Part shown: in pieces, positions 39,901 to 47,523 of the stretch
How the letters are laid out: each line of letters starts with the position of its first letter
Position numbering within the stretch: the stretch's first letter is position 1
Virus record (IMG/VR): IMGVR_UViG_3300021411_000006
Location: 9,241-73,240 of that record
Origin: a virus
Taxonomy: Duplodnaviria; Caudoviricetes
Reading direction: 5' to 3' (one strand)
DNA length: 64,000 nucleotides
Position numbers and translations under genes: made by a program
The notes under the pieces: model-generated
Database searches by the model: none
The model's input: only the letters and a program-made list of their open reading frames with translations
Told to the model about the DNA's origin: nothing

Positions 39901-40171
39901 TAACGTTTGGCGATGGGCCAGCGGAAGTAGTAGGCTTTGAAGAAATCTCTGATACGTCCCACCAATTTTTCCCAGCTTCTTTTTTTTTTAATTCCAGGGA
40001 TGATTCAAAATCGGAATAGTCCAGGAAAAGCCCTTTGGTAGTCTTTTCTGTACTGAACAGGTTAAAAACTTCCTTAGAATTTCTGGTAAGCTGATCCCGG
40101 AAATCGCCCTCGTCCAAAAAGATACCGCTGGACTTAATCGCTTCGTAGGCTTCTTTTATTCTATCTGGCAT
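30977..40171 (-). CDS. Giant polyvalent/ejection protein (3064 aa) with JAB/RadC-like and zincin (MPTase-like) domains and an LPD38-like C-terminus
   Basis: LIHNHPSG (~35704-35727); degenerate second JAB-like unit (~35150-35470); HEIGH (34376-34390) with distal VEIYAD; acidic linker ~36230-36450. Confidence 0.8.
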   Translation of the reverse strand: MPDRIKEAYEAIKSSGIFLDEGDFRDQLTRNSKEVFNLFSTEKTTKGLFLDYSDFESSLELKKKEAGKNWWDVSEISSKPTTSAGPSPNVKKPEEFPYLNEADGRKRYLNPEKLGTPGDIANQVHRIKIPEAGHVSDELGSAVDTFKQEVGSDDPVKSILDPIREKNKKASDAFTPLLNNEFFRTGESTAQKTPGNKIKAENDWEDYTIKHNKLYDGLAKSNAVQNYVKEYTFNNGLEAKKYADAKIAANGGKAPDGNETFDLAKQKIAEYDNTVSEIEQSKNLEDYFLKKYRRENPHFDEQVKALEMAHPNEFINGMIDYRELIGNAKMGQIVSRGLQDRNIPAFVESGAPNVYGGPKNLYQEEYYHLSNNLLKEFPDFGVNVVANEVSRKRQELHKNSYFADFDSGKNQEITDKIAADLYANNPTKKKIYDEIVSKDLKKYIDVPGFLNRLSGGIEKQLTGLKNTFSNQTASENIRESINDEATQVSAGEKGAYKIIGEISDFGGFLMSMAATGNVAKGLAGFTGGLTASTAFNPSPALNAAIGKGVAASTFLGDALKEGDAKYPGEPGKAILSGYTTAASYVAMLNLLPANKISEVMGVGKKSIKDVLEALSSENIAMAAKKELATNWFKKSLEAAGLFTKGYSKSLGEILAITKFKQGMDKILGLNEQKYQQVHPASEDEDVLKLFAVASFAPSLIGAYHDFKNRNFTKDAVWDVASSPRRFARTLAENDNFSGMTKEEVAKVLEKVLFLNKVKRSLDEQDMPEAKQKSYLLQTANEMRLETEAAEAQGKADQEGEPVLKKKAEEKVKEIQKLIGDSQKTKEEIIDSEVPPPVDNLPQDPKTDKEWEEKIFAETDQVKKDELVAQYGQWEKEQKKEKPVEQKTEPATKEEEKSQVPEEILLSEVENGNIKDAYGAELKKDPSKAKEVLLGLAKQKYGLDDDGKANKFGGAPISNPEVDRAITIAFPDKEVLVNAINSEPGAGIYNQPALIHGKYKVTNVGGKRVIRYSNGQLVKRNKTGYNNFLLQHAKKYNYNIGKLAPQDQAPDFNSAEDAAKWVVDNSANPAEIASTWLQLPRQPQELSSVEQAIAIEGIGKVKQESFERVKDKNLISGSVAKNYFSKKGRSLDDIANSISQHGEGVEVTPDDVAEFMMRFPWGIDPDGTVKSEVHHQAETKFAELTGIPLSSGNGREAIAKLAASQHVAPDEAYKGGDADYEAMPQAEKDQWLKEMAEQEVLENDESSDNFNDQENEPGQDDIDREDTPEHSGEPVRDEDTGDDTTGAPGEIPGDAGGRPGTEGGAQRAGNAPGADEALKEQARKDLNNIFGNDLSAKEQIKLDFDNPTQHEGTIKNKEGKSEAVQYESINGSAEYGTISGTVQRPGETPSNDSHNIRTVEQVWSEEHGLRFTGTASVKSAADVAHIMRLLEDKSIEFGFAVHVDKQGNSHIQFVSMGAVTETPMDRKMILAGAKKFSAVKTYLIHNHPSGQMTPSSADIGLTKGTGKMMDELGIEMEHLIMDTYKEEYVLLDKYGNQEGIFKREEKPAEGEPLAVHKLDGMKALSAPISEPPFNSEEVAGVIYGLRFSAIPKAGMLIADAKSSIIGNYVFKDGMNSKEMLENFAGHAAATTIFLYGNRPVNEVTGELRAMMETCGVSNIALFDYINVVGGGPDVQGAYDYISAADQGILKDDVQKKYGTNKLSNTGLKDELKAAQALLTKAQKDLRDAEDKIAKTQAAQGGMFGGSEQVSLFGVKRDEAKNILDPLRLKVNEAKAAVEKLQVKSRDEDRQAKGQTSLFDPQAEYGDKAAKVEEWVKKQKAAGMSDKDITDILQERTAMSKKEAEDYVDQFATGHYSDIPKEATTDNRLMPIDFPELVQLARTIAEGKYPEIKKLATAFGYFSPALKKIVLNRELFNPAHYDDLMKTMAHEIGHFVDFIPDETLSRGNILGRIASLKAFMEKFLPKEPGGPGPLTQADIDRITAEEKAKPDDDIITEEDEYIEKVTGLTPDDVLAVWNDVQAGINNPALLDFIQRLSTKDKKRIVVAAMKGLIDDMLKKFTKIEKIPTGNKIQVITKGEGWRDRAKDRIRDEMNKRMLWEERKIYEEAYRFSKLWRPYDEATASPGFRKYRKSSVEIYADMISGLFNSPGQLEKKAPMFFQAFMNYLDQKPAFKAVYEDLMDLLTDPEKVKAEREKNTIEGYRKAEAKRADLLKIEKRNEGLWARVKREMFSVFSPLGDKLDTTKTGNKLSQYEETRNAFEQMEMWKAPAALMLNNYNTKTVKPVRDAGVSLDDVGLIVQYTRNMSPARKGKGNPLGLQTDEQNLDLIQKVLDKYTSAQQDVIQEALDNFYELGFNTIEDAYDSGLMSRDQMDEAEKNKFNYATYKPVKYITELIQSAQMLGIQGGLGEIANPFLETMVKMVMVQRAASKNRAIVIGKESLQKVDPDSVIACAYDFRGNPSVKLKPGQEYIRYKQGGKNKIFITEKYIAEVYNAHPPEKVSLVNEMLSAAAIPLRMAWTKYNPGFIFIVNPVKDSKRTIKNTIAILSANGALQKRDFIKIHAEYAQSWWASYYDTKSFFKHEPTGVAKRMLEYGAVNPESALFAGFDANYNGMANFLSHYDFLSGHLGISKRRTLMTKIRDLALIIPEYFLAKPGSHIEMRTKVAMFKILEKHMGPEAAAYYTRNYIGTPNYSERFGAKKFISWIPFSSVILQGLRTDAGIATAPKGKGAYWLYVGLTIGIPALLTAAAKNGLFGKDLEDWFEKVGSYNRSNYMLIPLGVTETGKAKGLKIPLDDVETFTWNNIQNLTEKTSVKQKIRGVLDGVVNRLPDYQSGVDLYSKWWEYAVNDINPYDKFKKRNVIGDRNFKMGGKEALGDMFKWSLNKLGIRVPQYDDGTMSTKEKIISMIPALRRIYFETDRGDREALDKVQSEQERKAAIRLQGIDVDLKKALDAQTDSVVKGGEVDMRKLIFDTFKAYTGKDAPQTEQDGRDMQTIASKAIVLLKKDDVKNLAQSAKEKMFANQIINVQSNETKKAIVDLYKADATEQEFSDFVKFLKDNRIYMYRP

Positions 40172-40173
40172 AG

Positions 40174-41739
40174 TTATTTATATTGTCCGCCATCAGCAAG
40201 GAACTGTTGCCGCTGTGCGGGTGACATTTTTTTATACTCAGCTGTCGTTATCGTTTTGCCCGCTGCTTTCGGGGGAGGTTTCGGCCCATTGGGATTATCC
40301 TTTATGATCTCCTGTCTTTGCGGTGCCGTATTATTAAAATCTTCATCGATCTGCACCTGTTCCAATGGCGCGATCACCTGGCCGGACTGTTTGTCGTAAA
40401 TATTAACCGTGCCATCAGCTTCCTTTTTCAGTTTCACATCTCCCTGGCGGAAAGACTTATCCCATATCCTGCTACCCGATCCGGGAGCGATGTTGTTCAC
40501 CTTTTTAATAATATACTCCTGTATGCTTCCGTTCAGCGATGACATTGGGATGTTGCCTGTAGCGTCGGCTGCACCGACGATCTTCTGGTAAACCGGGTTG
40601 TACACCTTCGTCTTATCGCCAGTATTGATCGTAGTCCTGTAACTATAGTTCGGGTTGCGCGACTGCTGTGCATTGACCGGTTCTTTTGTTATCCTTTCAT
40701 CTGCCTGGTCGAAAGCAACTTTACGGCGTACCACTTCCTCGTCAGGGACTTCCATTGTAGAAAGGATCTGGTTGGCCAGGTCTTTTTGCATGCTCAGGCG
40801 CTTGGCCACTGGAATTGATTTTAAACTCATCCCATATTTTTGATCCAGTTGGTTACTGGCTTGTCTCAGGGCATCGTATTCGTATTGTTTTTTTATGGTG
40901 CCTAGTTCACGCTTTACACCCTTCTCCAGCTCAACCTTACGCCCAATATTTGAAGTGAAGTCGATGTAAGCGTCTTCAGGTAATACCTTCACTTCCTTTC
41001 CGCCGATTGTCGCGGGCTCTGACTTAGTTACTACTTCAAAAGAATAGTCTGGATTTTGCCGCAGCTCCTGGTATCTCCCGTTGTATTTTGTTTGGATCTG
41101 CCTGAAACCGATTGTTCCATCCGATCCTTTTGCTTTATAGTAATCGGTATTTGGTACGGAGTCTTTTGGAAAGTCGTAAAGTTTTCCAGCATTATTCACG
41201 TTCAGCGCATCCGGATATTTTTTAAGCACGTCTATTAGCAGGTTACCATTATCAGCGCCAGGCTTGCGGCCCAATAACTCCAGCGTCATCAGGTCCCTTA
41301 CTTTATTTTGGTCCACGCCATCCCCCTCTTTTACAGTCGCCAGTTGTTTTTCCAGGTCACTCATCCCGTTCTTAAAAGAGTTTTGCAGGACATCAAGATC
41401 CCGGACAGAAGCGGCGACATACTGATTTATTTCAGAGTCGGATTTCCCTTCCCGGTACATCTTTTCTACAGCCGCCATAGTTTCCTCAGCTTTTTTACCG
41501 ACTACTAAATCAGGTTTTACCTGATCGGTGCCGGTAATGCCAGTGTTGATCTTATATTCCCGCAACGGCTTTGTTAACCGCTCGTGGTTATCGTCGGCAT
41601 CTTTACGAAGCTTCGCCGCCAGTTCCGCTCTTTTAATTCTTACAGCCTGGTCCTTTAACCCCATCTCATCACCCTGCTTCAACACCTCCCAGGGGGAAGG
41701 GGTATTTTGTTCCAGGACTGCGCCATACGGTGTAATCAT
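40174..41739 (-). CDS. Putative ejection/cargo protein (521 aa)
   Basis: Charged helical protein between the pilot-like gene and the giant gene. Confidence 0.55.
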   Translation of the reverse strand: MITPYGAVLEQNTPSPWEVLKQGDEMGLKDQAVRIKRAELAAKLRKDADDNHERLTKPLREYKINTGITGTDQVKPDLVVGKKAEETMAAVEKMYREGKSDSEINQYVAASVRDLDVLQNSFKNGMSDLEKQLATVKEGDGVDQNKVRDLMTLELLGRKPGADNGNLLIDVLKKYPDALNVNNAGKLYDFPKDSVPNTDYYKAKGSDGTIGFRQIQTKYNGRYQELRQNPDYSFEVVTKSEPATIGGKEVKVLPEDAYIDFTSNIGRKVELEKGVKRELGTIKKQYEYDALRQASNQLDQKYGMSLKSIPVAKRLSMQKDLANQILSTMEVPDEEVVRRKVAFDQADERITKEPVNAQQSRNPNYSYRTTINTGDKTKVYNPVYQKIVGAADATGNIPMSSLNGSIQEYIIKKVNNIAPGSGSRIWDKSFRQGDVKLKKEADGTVNIYDKQSGQVIAPLEQVQIDEDFNNTAPQRQEIIKDNPNGPKPPPKAAGKTITTAEYKKMSPAQRQQFLADGGQYK

Positions 41740-41761
41740 TTCTATTATTTTTTTACTCTTG

Positions 41762-42355
41762 TTATAACCCTGCTAAGGCCATTGCACTTGCCGACCCAGC
41801 GCCGCCTCCACCACCGAAAGCGCTGCCTGCCATCGACAGCGATCCGCCGATACCTTGCAGTGCGTTAAAGGTGTTCTGTGTTGCTACCGATCTTATTCCA
41901 AGTCTTTGCTGTAACTGGCGAAGCCTATCGGCCCAAACCTTATCGCCTTCGTTAATCATTGTGTTCTGTGCGCTCATTACTGTACCGGCACGATTCATTT
42001 TATCGGCAGATTCTTTCGCGGCAAGTTGTGCGAAAGCATCGTTACTTCCGCCCTGGAGTCCAGCGATGGTTGCAAGTACCTGCGAAGAGTCGGTCGCGTT
42101 CCTTTCGGTCGCCGCGGTTGCGTTGGCCTGGCCGGTCTCTATATTTTGCTCTTCCTGTGTTGCACCAGCCATCCTGCCCTGGTATAAATTTTGTGCAAGG
42201 GCAAGCTGTTGCTGTGCGTAAGGATCAATGGCTTTTACCCCAAGCTGATTGAGGTCCTTCATGTTCCTTTTATTTTGTTTTGCGCTCACGATCATACCGG
42301 CAATATTTGTCAGTAATGACGCTCCGGCTGCTACAGCTGCTTCTGGTCCTGGCAT
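41762..42355 (-). CDS. Putative DNA-pilot/ejection protein
   Basis: Ala/Gly/Gln-rich with hydrophobic Gly-rich ends; follows the tail nozzle as in podoviruses. Confidence 0.6.
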   Translation of the reverse strand: MPGPEAAVAAGASLLTNIAGMIVSAKQNKRNMKDLNQLGVKAIDPYAQQQLALAQNLYQGRMAGATQEEQNIETGQANATAATERNATDSSQVLATIAGLQGGSNDAFAQLAAKESADKMNRAGTVMSAQNTMINEGDKVWADRLRQLQQRLGIRSVATQNTFNALQGIGGSLSMAGSAFGGGGGAGSASAMALAGL

Positions 42356-42373
42356 ATCTTTAATTTTTTGTTG

Positions 42374-45300
42374 TTATACAAATTGGTGGCCTGCCGCTAC
42401 ACGGTGGCCTATATTTATAAATTTCAGTTGTAACAGTTCGTCGGTATCCCACTCTGCCATTATATACATCCACGGTCCCCGCATTCTATCACCTTTGCGA
42501 AGCTTCTCCAGTGGTCCACCGATAACGTTAGGGCTTAACCGGTCCCGCAGGATCGGTGCGTAATAAATTCCTTCTCTGGTCCTGAAATCAGTATCCTCCA
42601 GGTCGCTGCTTTGTACGTTCGGTGTTTCTGTTCTCAGGTGGACAAAAGTTGGTGGCATATTTGCCTCAACTGCCAGTGCCAGTTCGGTTTTTATTTTACT
42701 TGGCGTGTCAGCGGTCCTGGCAACAAACATTATTCTGCTCTTTCCTGCATCGCCAAAGAAAGTATTATAGGCTGTGTTTTTACCTTGCTCCCATACCTTT
42801 CCATCTTTAAACGCAAGCAGGCTCGACCCAACAGTACAAAACATCTCAGGCTCGTATCCGTGGGGTATTGACCACTTGCTCTCATTGATCCGGAAGACAA
42901 GCACTTTCGGCAGGCCGTCGTATATATCGTATGGGTACGGATACGTGTAATCATTCGCTCCGACGTTCACCTCTTCGCCTGTATCTTCAAGCTCGTGGCT
43001 TTCTTCAGTAGGCACAAGTCCGGAAGCTGGAGTTATCAGCACCATATAAGCCAAAATCGATGCAGCAAAAGCCGCCTCGTTTGCCCCCATGAATTGAAGG
43101 TCACCGAAAGAAACCATTGTCGGTGCAGTACCGAGAGTTGCGTATGCGGGCAAACCGGTGACGATTGCACCCAGTACAGCAGTATTAGTGATCGCGTACC
43201 AGCCAGTAGTTACAACCGAATTAAGAAAGACAGCATAAACAGAGTATGCCTGGTATTGACCGGCACCACGGTTTGCAATGTATTTCATTGTAAAAATAGG
43301 AATGCCTGTCAGCCCAGTACCACCGTAGTCGATATATCCTTTTGGCGGATCTTCTTCGGTTTGCGGCAGCGCCCATAAAAACTCATTGTGATAAGGGTCG
43401 ACACCACCAAAAATAAATCTCCGCGTTCCAACGTCGTCAGCAGCTTCCAAACCCTCCAGTCTTTTACAGAAAGCCTGTATAGCCCGCTTCATCCCCAGGT
43501 CGCTGATCGGAAACAATCCGTTGCCTGCATAGCGGACAGCGCAATAACTTTTCACATCGATCCAGGCGACCTGGCCGTTATGCTGCACTACGCTTTCGGG
43601 ATTGTTGGTACCATAGTCACCTTTCAAAATATTCACTTGCCCGATGAAGCCGGTTGACTTCGCCAGAAAGCTGTTTCCTTTTTGGTCAAAGAGTTCCACT
43701 TCTCCCAGGTAGATACTTGCCGTTTGGTTCTCACCGATTGCAAGCATCACACTACCTTCCGCCTGTACCTTACTGGCAAGGATCAGTTTTCTGATCGTAC
43801 CCATCTCAGTGGCAAGTATCTCTTTGTTCAGCGCTTCAAAGCCACTGAGCCCGTTTGTTTGTGTGCCGGGTATGTAGACGTTACTAAAAGAAATACCTGT
43901 CTTTTTTCTTACCTGGCCGAGCTTTGTAATAACATTTGGCCTGCCCGCATCCGTGAACCACCGCTGATAATAAAGGTCATTAGGATTCATCGCCTCTGCA
44001 TAATATGTCGTTGAATTATAATTCCTGGTAAGCGCCACGACATCTCCGCGGAAAGATCCAAGCAGTACCGAGTAGGTTCTCGCAGGATCTCCGGGAGTGG
44101 TGACTGGGTATAAATCGCCGACCTGGAAAAAGGGCTCTTGCTCACTGGTTTTATACGGCGAATAGATCCTGTAAACAAATTTCACCGTCGTCGCTGGCAC
44201 AGTATTAAGTGTACCTACATCGGTTGCTTTAAGCAGGATATACTTACCATCTTGTCCGATAACCGGCAAATTGTAGGTGGTGCTATCCTGGCGGATCAAT
44301 ATACACTGATCGCCATCCGTCAGGGTGTACCCGAGCCCAGCTCGTAACAGTGCCGACGTGTCGAGGGCAACGGCTACAACAGTATTGCTAAAGGTCAGCG
44401 CAGTATATTCCAGCAATCCGGTAGTAGGATTCCTGGTTGCATATTTTGTCGTCTCATCGTATGCTGATATAAAATTTCTCGTCGTCAGGTTCAAGCTGCG
44501 GTCGACGCTATAATAATAAGCCCAGTCTGGGATTTCAGTTGCGGCAGCTGCATTATTTAAAGTCCAGTCGATAGAAGCATACCCGGTAGTAAAGGCAAAG
44601 TTTCTGGCGGGTACTGATAAAGTCCCACTTCCTTCCACAATTCCACACTTGCGGAGATATCTGTCATAAAAAGTGATACCAGCCTTATATTGTGACTGTG
44701 GAAGCATCAAAGGATAAGTAGATGTACTAATCCCCGTTATTGAGCAAGCGCTTGCGGTATATGTAAGAAAAGGTCCATCCCAGCGCCACGTACCTGCTTC
44801 AGCAGTGGCCAACACAACCGCGGTCATATCAGCGCCGCGGAATGCAAGTCCTGAGAAAGCTACTGTAGAAGGTGCCGCGGCGAGAGTTGGGTAAGTCCCG
44901 CTTGTAGTATCTATAAGCTCAGTTGCTGTAAGAGCGTACCAGCCAACTGGAACAACTTCGGTGAGGTAAACATAATAGCCGATGTAAGCATACGACTCTG
45001 ATCCTACACGACCGTTACGGTGTTTAAGGATAATAAGATTTTTGCTCAGTGTCGTAAAGCCCAGGGTAATAGCGGTCGGTAAGGCAAGTGCCAAAGAGGT
45101 TGTAGCTGGAGTGTCATACCCTTCTGTATTATCTGCCAGTATGTTCCTGTTTTTGCCGGGAGCCATCGTGCCGGAGAACAGTGGCACAGAGTGAAACGGC
45201 CTTACCATATCGGCGGAAGCAAGCGTCTCACCGGTTACGTCCCCGTAAAAATCATAGCTAAGATCCTGCGTATTAATTAATACATTTTCAGCAGTAATGT

Positions 45301-46129
45301 TTCTGTCCCACTGTTTAATAACAGCAGCTTTCTCGGTTGACTCATCCAGGCGGACGAGCTGCACCAGCCTTACTGATTGGGGAACGGTTTCAGTAATGTC
45401 CAGTTTTACTTTTATAAAATTGTAATTATCCGTTGTCAGGTTGAACAGACTGGCACGACTCCAACCGCTAAGGACCGCTTCCTCGCCATCAAAGTAAACA
45501 TAGCGAACAGCAAACTTATAGCTGTTCTTATCGACGAAGTTGTTATTATAGCCGCTGTTGTATGATTTTGTTATCGACGGCGGGTAAGCGCATGGCTTAC
45601 GGATCAGCGTGATCTCAGTTTCATCGATAGGCAAAGTAATCGTATAGTCTTCGTCATACGGCGATCCCCCGGAGGCTTCCATAAATACTCCCAGGTTTAA
45701 GCGGCGAGGTTCATTATTGCCATCGGTAAAGTAAAGCAGCCCGTTTATTACATGCGCGCCGTTAATCAGCTTGTAGCGGTCAAAGTTCAGCCCTTGCGTA
45801 ACATCGCTATCCTCCAGGACCATGTACCTGGTTTGGTTAAGCAGATCGTACAAGTATATGGCATGGTCATCGTTGGAGTTCCAGCCAAAGAAGATGGCAT
45901 ACCGGTCGGTATCATCCGCACAGGCACCTATACAAATGTTATCCCCAGCGGGAACCGCTTGCTCAATCGTCGTATTCCCTTTCACGCTTTCAAAACACCC
46001 GGTTGCCCCTAACTCAGTAGAACCAAAGCGAATGTTTAACCCGTTGATAAAAGCCTTCGCCGAGACCAGGTGAGGGGCCGTTTCAGCATCCAAAAACTCA
46101 TTCCATATTTTTTTTTCACTCAAAGGCAC
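42374..46129 (-). CDS. Tail nozzle/stabilisation protein (P22 gp10 / crAss muzzle-like)
   Basis: 1251 aa beta-rich; ESVKGNT start, LLYFTDGNNEPRRLN, C-terminal REGIYYAPILRD; lies after the ring genes. Confidence 0.75.
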   Translation of the reverse strand: MPLSEKKIWNEFLDAETAPHLVSAKAFINGLNIRFGSTELGATGCFESVKGNTTIEQAVPAGDNICIGACADDTDRYAIFFGWNSNDDHAIYLYDLLNQTRYMVLEDSDVTQGLNFDRYKLINGAHVINGLLYFTDGNNEPRRLNLGVFMEASGGSPYDEDYTITLPIDETEITLIRKPCAYPPSITKSYNSGYNNNFVDKNSYKFAVRYVYFDGEEAVLSGWSRASLFNLTTDNYNFIKVKLDITETVPQSVRLVQLVRLDESTEKAAVIKQWDRNITAENVLINTQDLSYDFYGDVTGETLASADMVRPFHSVPLFSGTMAPGKNRNILADNTEGYDTPATTSLALALPTAITLGFTTLSKNLIILKHRNGRVGSESYAYIGYYVYLTEVVPVGWYALTATELIDTTSGTYPTLAAAPSTVAFSGLAFRGADMTAVVLATAEAGTWRWDGPFLTYTASACSITGISTSTYPLMLPQSQYKAGITFYDRYLRKCGIVEGSGTLSVPARNFAFTTGYASIDWTLNNAAAATEIPDWAYYYSVDRSLNLTTRNFISAYDETTKYATRNPTTGLLEYTALTFSNTVVAVALDTSALLRAGLGYTLTDGDQCILIRQDSTTYNLPVIGQDGKYILLKATDVGTLNTVPATTVKFVYRIYSPYKTSEQEPFFQVGDLYPVTTPGDPARTYSVLLGSFRGDVVALTRNYNSTTYYAEAMNPNDLYYQRWFTDAGRPNVITKLGQVRKKTGISFSNVYIPGTQTNGLSGFEALNKEILATEMGTIRKLILASKVQAEGSVMLAIGENQTASIYLGEVELFDQKGNSFLAKSTGFIGQVNILKGDYGTNNPESVVQHNGQVAWIDVKSYCAVRYAGNGLFPISDLGMKRAIQAFCKRLEGLEAADDVGTRRFIFGGVDPYHNEFLWALPQTEEDPPKGYIDYGGTGLTGIPIFTMKYIANRGAGQYQAYSVYAVFLNSVVTTGWYAITNTAVLGAIVTGLPAYATLGTAPTMVSFGDLQFMGANEAAFAASILAYMVLITPASGLVPTEESHELEDTGEEVNVGANDYTYPYPYDIYDGLPKVLVFRINESKWSIPHGYEPEMFCTVGSSLLAFKDGKVWEQGKNTAYNTFFGDAGKSRIMFVARTADTPSKIKTELALAVEANMPPTFVHLRTETPNVQSSDLEDTDFRTREGIYYAPILRDRLSPNVIGGPLEKLRKGDRMRGPWMYIMAEWDTDELLQLKFINIGHRVAAGHQFV

Positions 46130-46162
46130 GGTTAGATATTTTAACTATGTAATTTTACAGAC

Positions 46163-46630
46163 ATGGGCCTCGATCCGTTTCCGCAACCGAAGTTTTTGAA
46201 GGACTTTGAACCCGTCAACCAGTTCGGCTTACCTCACTCCACTTACTCCGCGATGCTACTCATCGCCCAAAAAGTCGTCGATAATAATCCGGTCTATGTC
46301 GCTTCGTCTCTCGTCGATGCCGCCAATATTGCTACGAACGCTTCCCTCGGTACGGATTATTATGTCACGCTTGGAGGTAATAGAAACATGAGCCTGCCAA
46401 CTAATCCAGTTGCCGGTAAGATCATTCGCTATTGGATCACCCAGGACGCAACCGGTTCCCGGACACTCACCTGGAATGGCGGCTTCCGTTTTTCCACTGG
46501 CCTGGCCTCTCCAACACTCACTACTACCCCTTCCTTCATGGACCTGGTAGAGTTTGAGTACAGCGGATCTTACGCAACCTGGGATTGTATCCGGATCGTC
46601 AAAGGCTTCGACGCTACTACCCCTCCATAA
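46163..46630 (+). CDS. Stand-alone tail-fibre-tip-like domain, inverted relative to the late operon
   Basis: TLGGNRNMSLPTNPVAGKIIRYWITQDATGSRTLTWNGGFRF...PTLTTTP..MDLVEF. Confidence 0.7.
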   Translation: MGLDPFPQPKFLKDFEPVNQFGLPHSTYSAMLLIAQKVVDNNPVYVASSLVDAANIATNASLGTDYYVTLGGNRNMSLPTNPVAGKIIRYWITQDATGSRTLTWNGGFRFSTGLASPTLTTTPSFMDLVEFEYSGSYATWDCIRIVKGFDATTPP

Positions 46631-46637
46631 CAAAGAG

Positions 46638-46778
46638 CTAAAAACTTTTATTAAAAACAGCTTCGTGGTTTTTCCACAAAGCAAACTGGTGCCTGGCAAT
46701 TCTCAGGTTATAGCGCTTACCGATAAGGTTCAGCTCCCATCCGTTCCCAACACCGTGTTTAAAAAATCTTATTTCCAT
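46638..46778 (-). CDS. 46-aa hypothetical (absent from ORF track)
   Basis: MEIRFFKHGVGNGWELNLIGKRYNLRIARHQFALWKNHEAVFNKSF; starts 1 nt after the upstream stop. Confidence 0.45.
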   Translation of the reverse strand: MEIRFFKHGVGNGWELNLIGKRYNLRIARHQFALWKNHEAVFNKSF

Positions 46779-46779
46779 A

Positions 46780-47523
46780 TTACTTAGGCGCTGCCTGTTT
46801 ATTTCTATTCAGGATACGTTTTACATCATCGACAGTTAACCCGTTCAGCCTGGCCCGCAATACCCGATGCTTACGGTTAAACTCTTCGGACTCCGGGCTT
46901 AATGGATTATCCCTGTTAGGACTTCCCTTCCAAAAAACATACGCCTCTATACATTGCTGTGCATAAGGGTGTACTCTCGTTGCCGCATTCGGAAGGCTGG
47001 TGCCATCGCTGATATACTCCAGAATGATGTAATCCGTTTGGATCTGCTCACTCAGCTGGATCTCTCCGCGCTCCCGCAGGATCTTGTAACCATCTCTCAG
47101 GTTTGATCCCCGGTATCCAAAGCCACGTCCAATAAACTCACCGTTATCGTTTACAACAATATCTGCCTGAGTACTGAAAAAGCTGGCCGTGTCACCTTCA
47201 AAAGAAGTGCTGGCGTAAGTAATTACATTGCCATCATCGTCCAAATTACTGAGCCGGTTCAGTCCATTGTTTTGTACCAGTGGCTTTATCATTTGCCCGG
47301 CCACAAGGCCCACTTTCACCTTATCAACAAAATCGCATGGTAGCGGTGCCCGGCCATAAGCATCGACGGGAATTTTCCTTGTCTGCACCGTCAGCAGTGA
47401 TCCGAAGTTTAACTCCCGCAGGCAGTCAGCAGCATACTTTAAGTACTGGAAGTACCAGTGAATGCTATAACCCTTTTGGTTCAGCACTGACTTGACTATA
47501 TGGTTCAGCGATGTGTACTGCAT
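46780..47523 (-). CDS. Tail ring/adaptor protein (crAss ring-like)
   Basis: MQYTSLNHIV...YAADCLREL; position before the nozzle. Confidence 0.6.
   Translation of the reverse strand: MQYTSLNHIVKSVLNQKGYSIHWYFQYLKYAADCLRELNFGSLLTVQTRKIPVDAYGRAPLPCDFVDKVKVGLVAGQMIKPLVQNNGLNRLSNLDDDGNVITYASTSFEGDTASFFSTQADIVVNDNGEFIGRGFGYRGSNLRDGYKILRERGEIQLSEQIQTDYIILEYISDGTSLPNAATRVHPYAQQCIEAYVFWKGSPNRDNPLSPESEEFNRKHRVLRARLNGLTVDDVKRILNRNKQAAPK

Noticed and set aside
30977-40171. Virion RNA polymerase, as in crAss-like phages
   Set aside because: No DxDxD-type catalytic motif found by eye; JAB and zincin motifs point to a polyvalent protein.
23449-45565. Many 60-180 aa plus-strand ORFs opposite the structural genes
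   Set aside because: Antisense shadows of long minus-strand genes with no recognisable motifs or start context.
46130-46780. Shufflon or invertible cassette around the inverted fibre-tip gene
   Set aside because: No flanking inverted repeats or adjacent invertase seen; kept only as an orientation anomaly.
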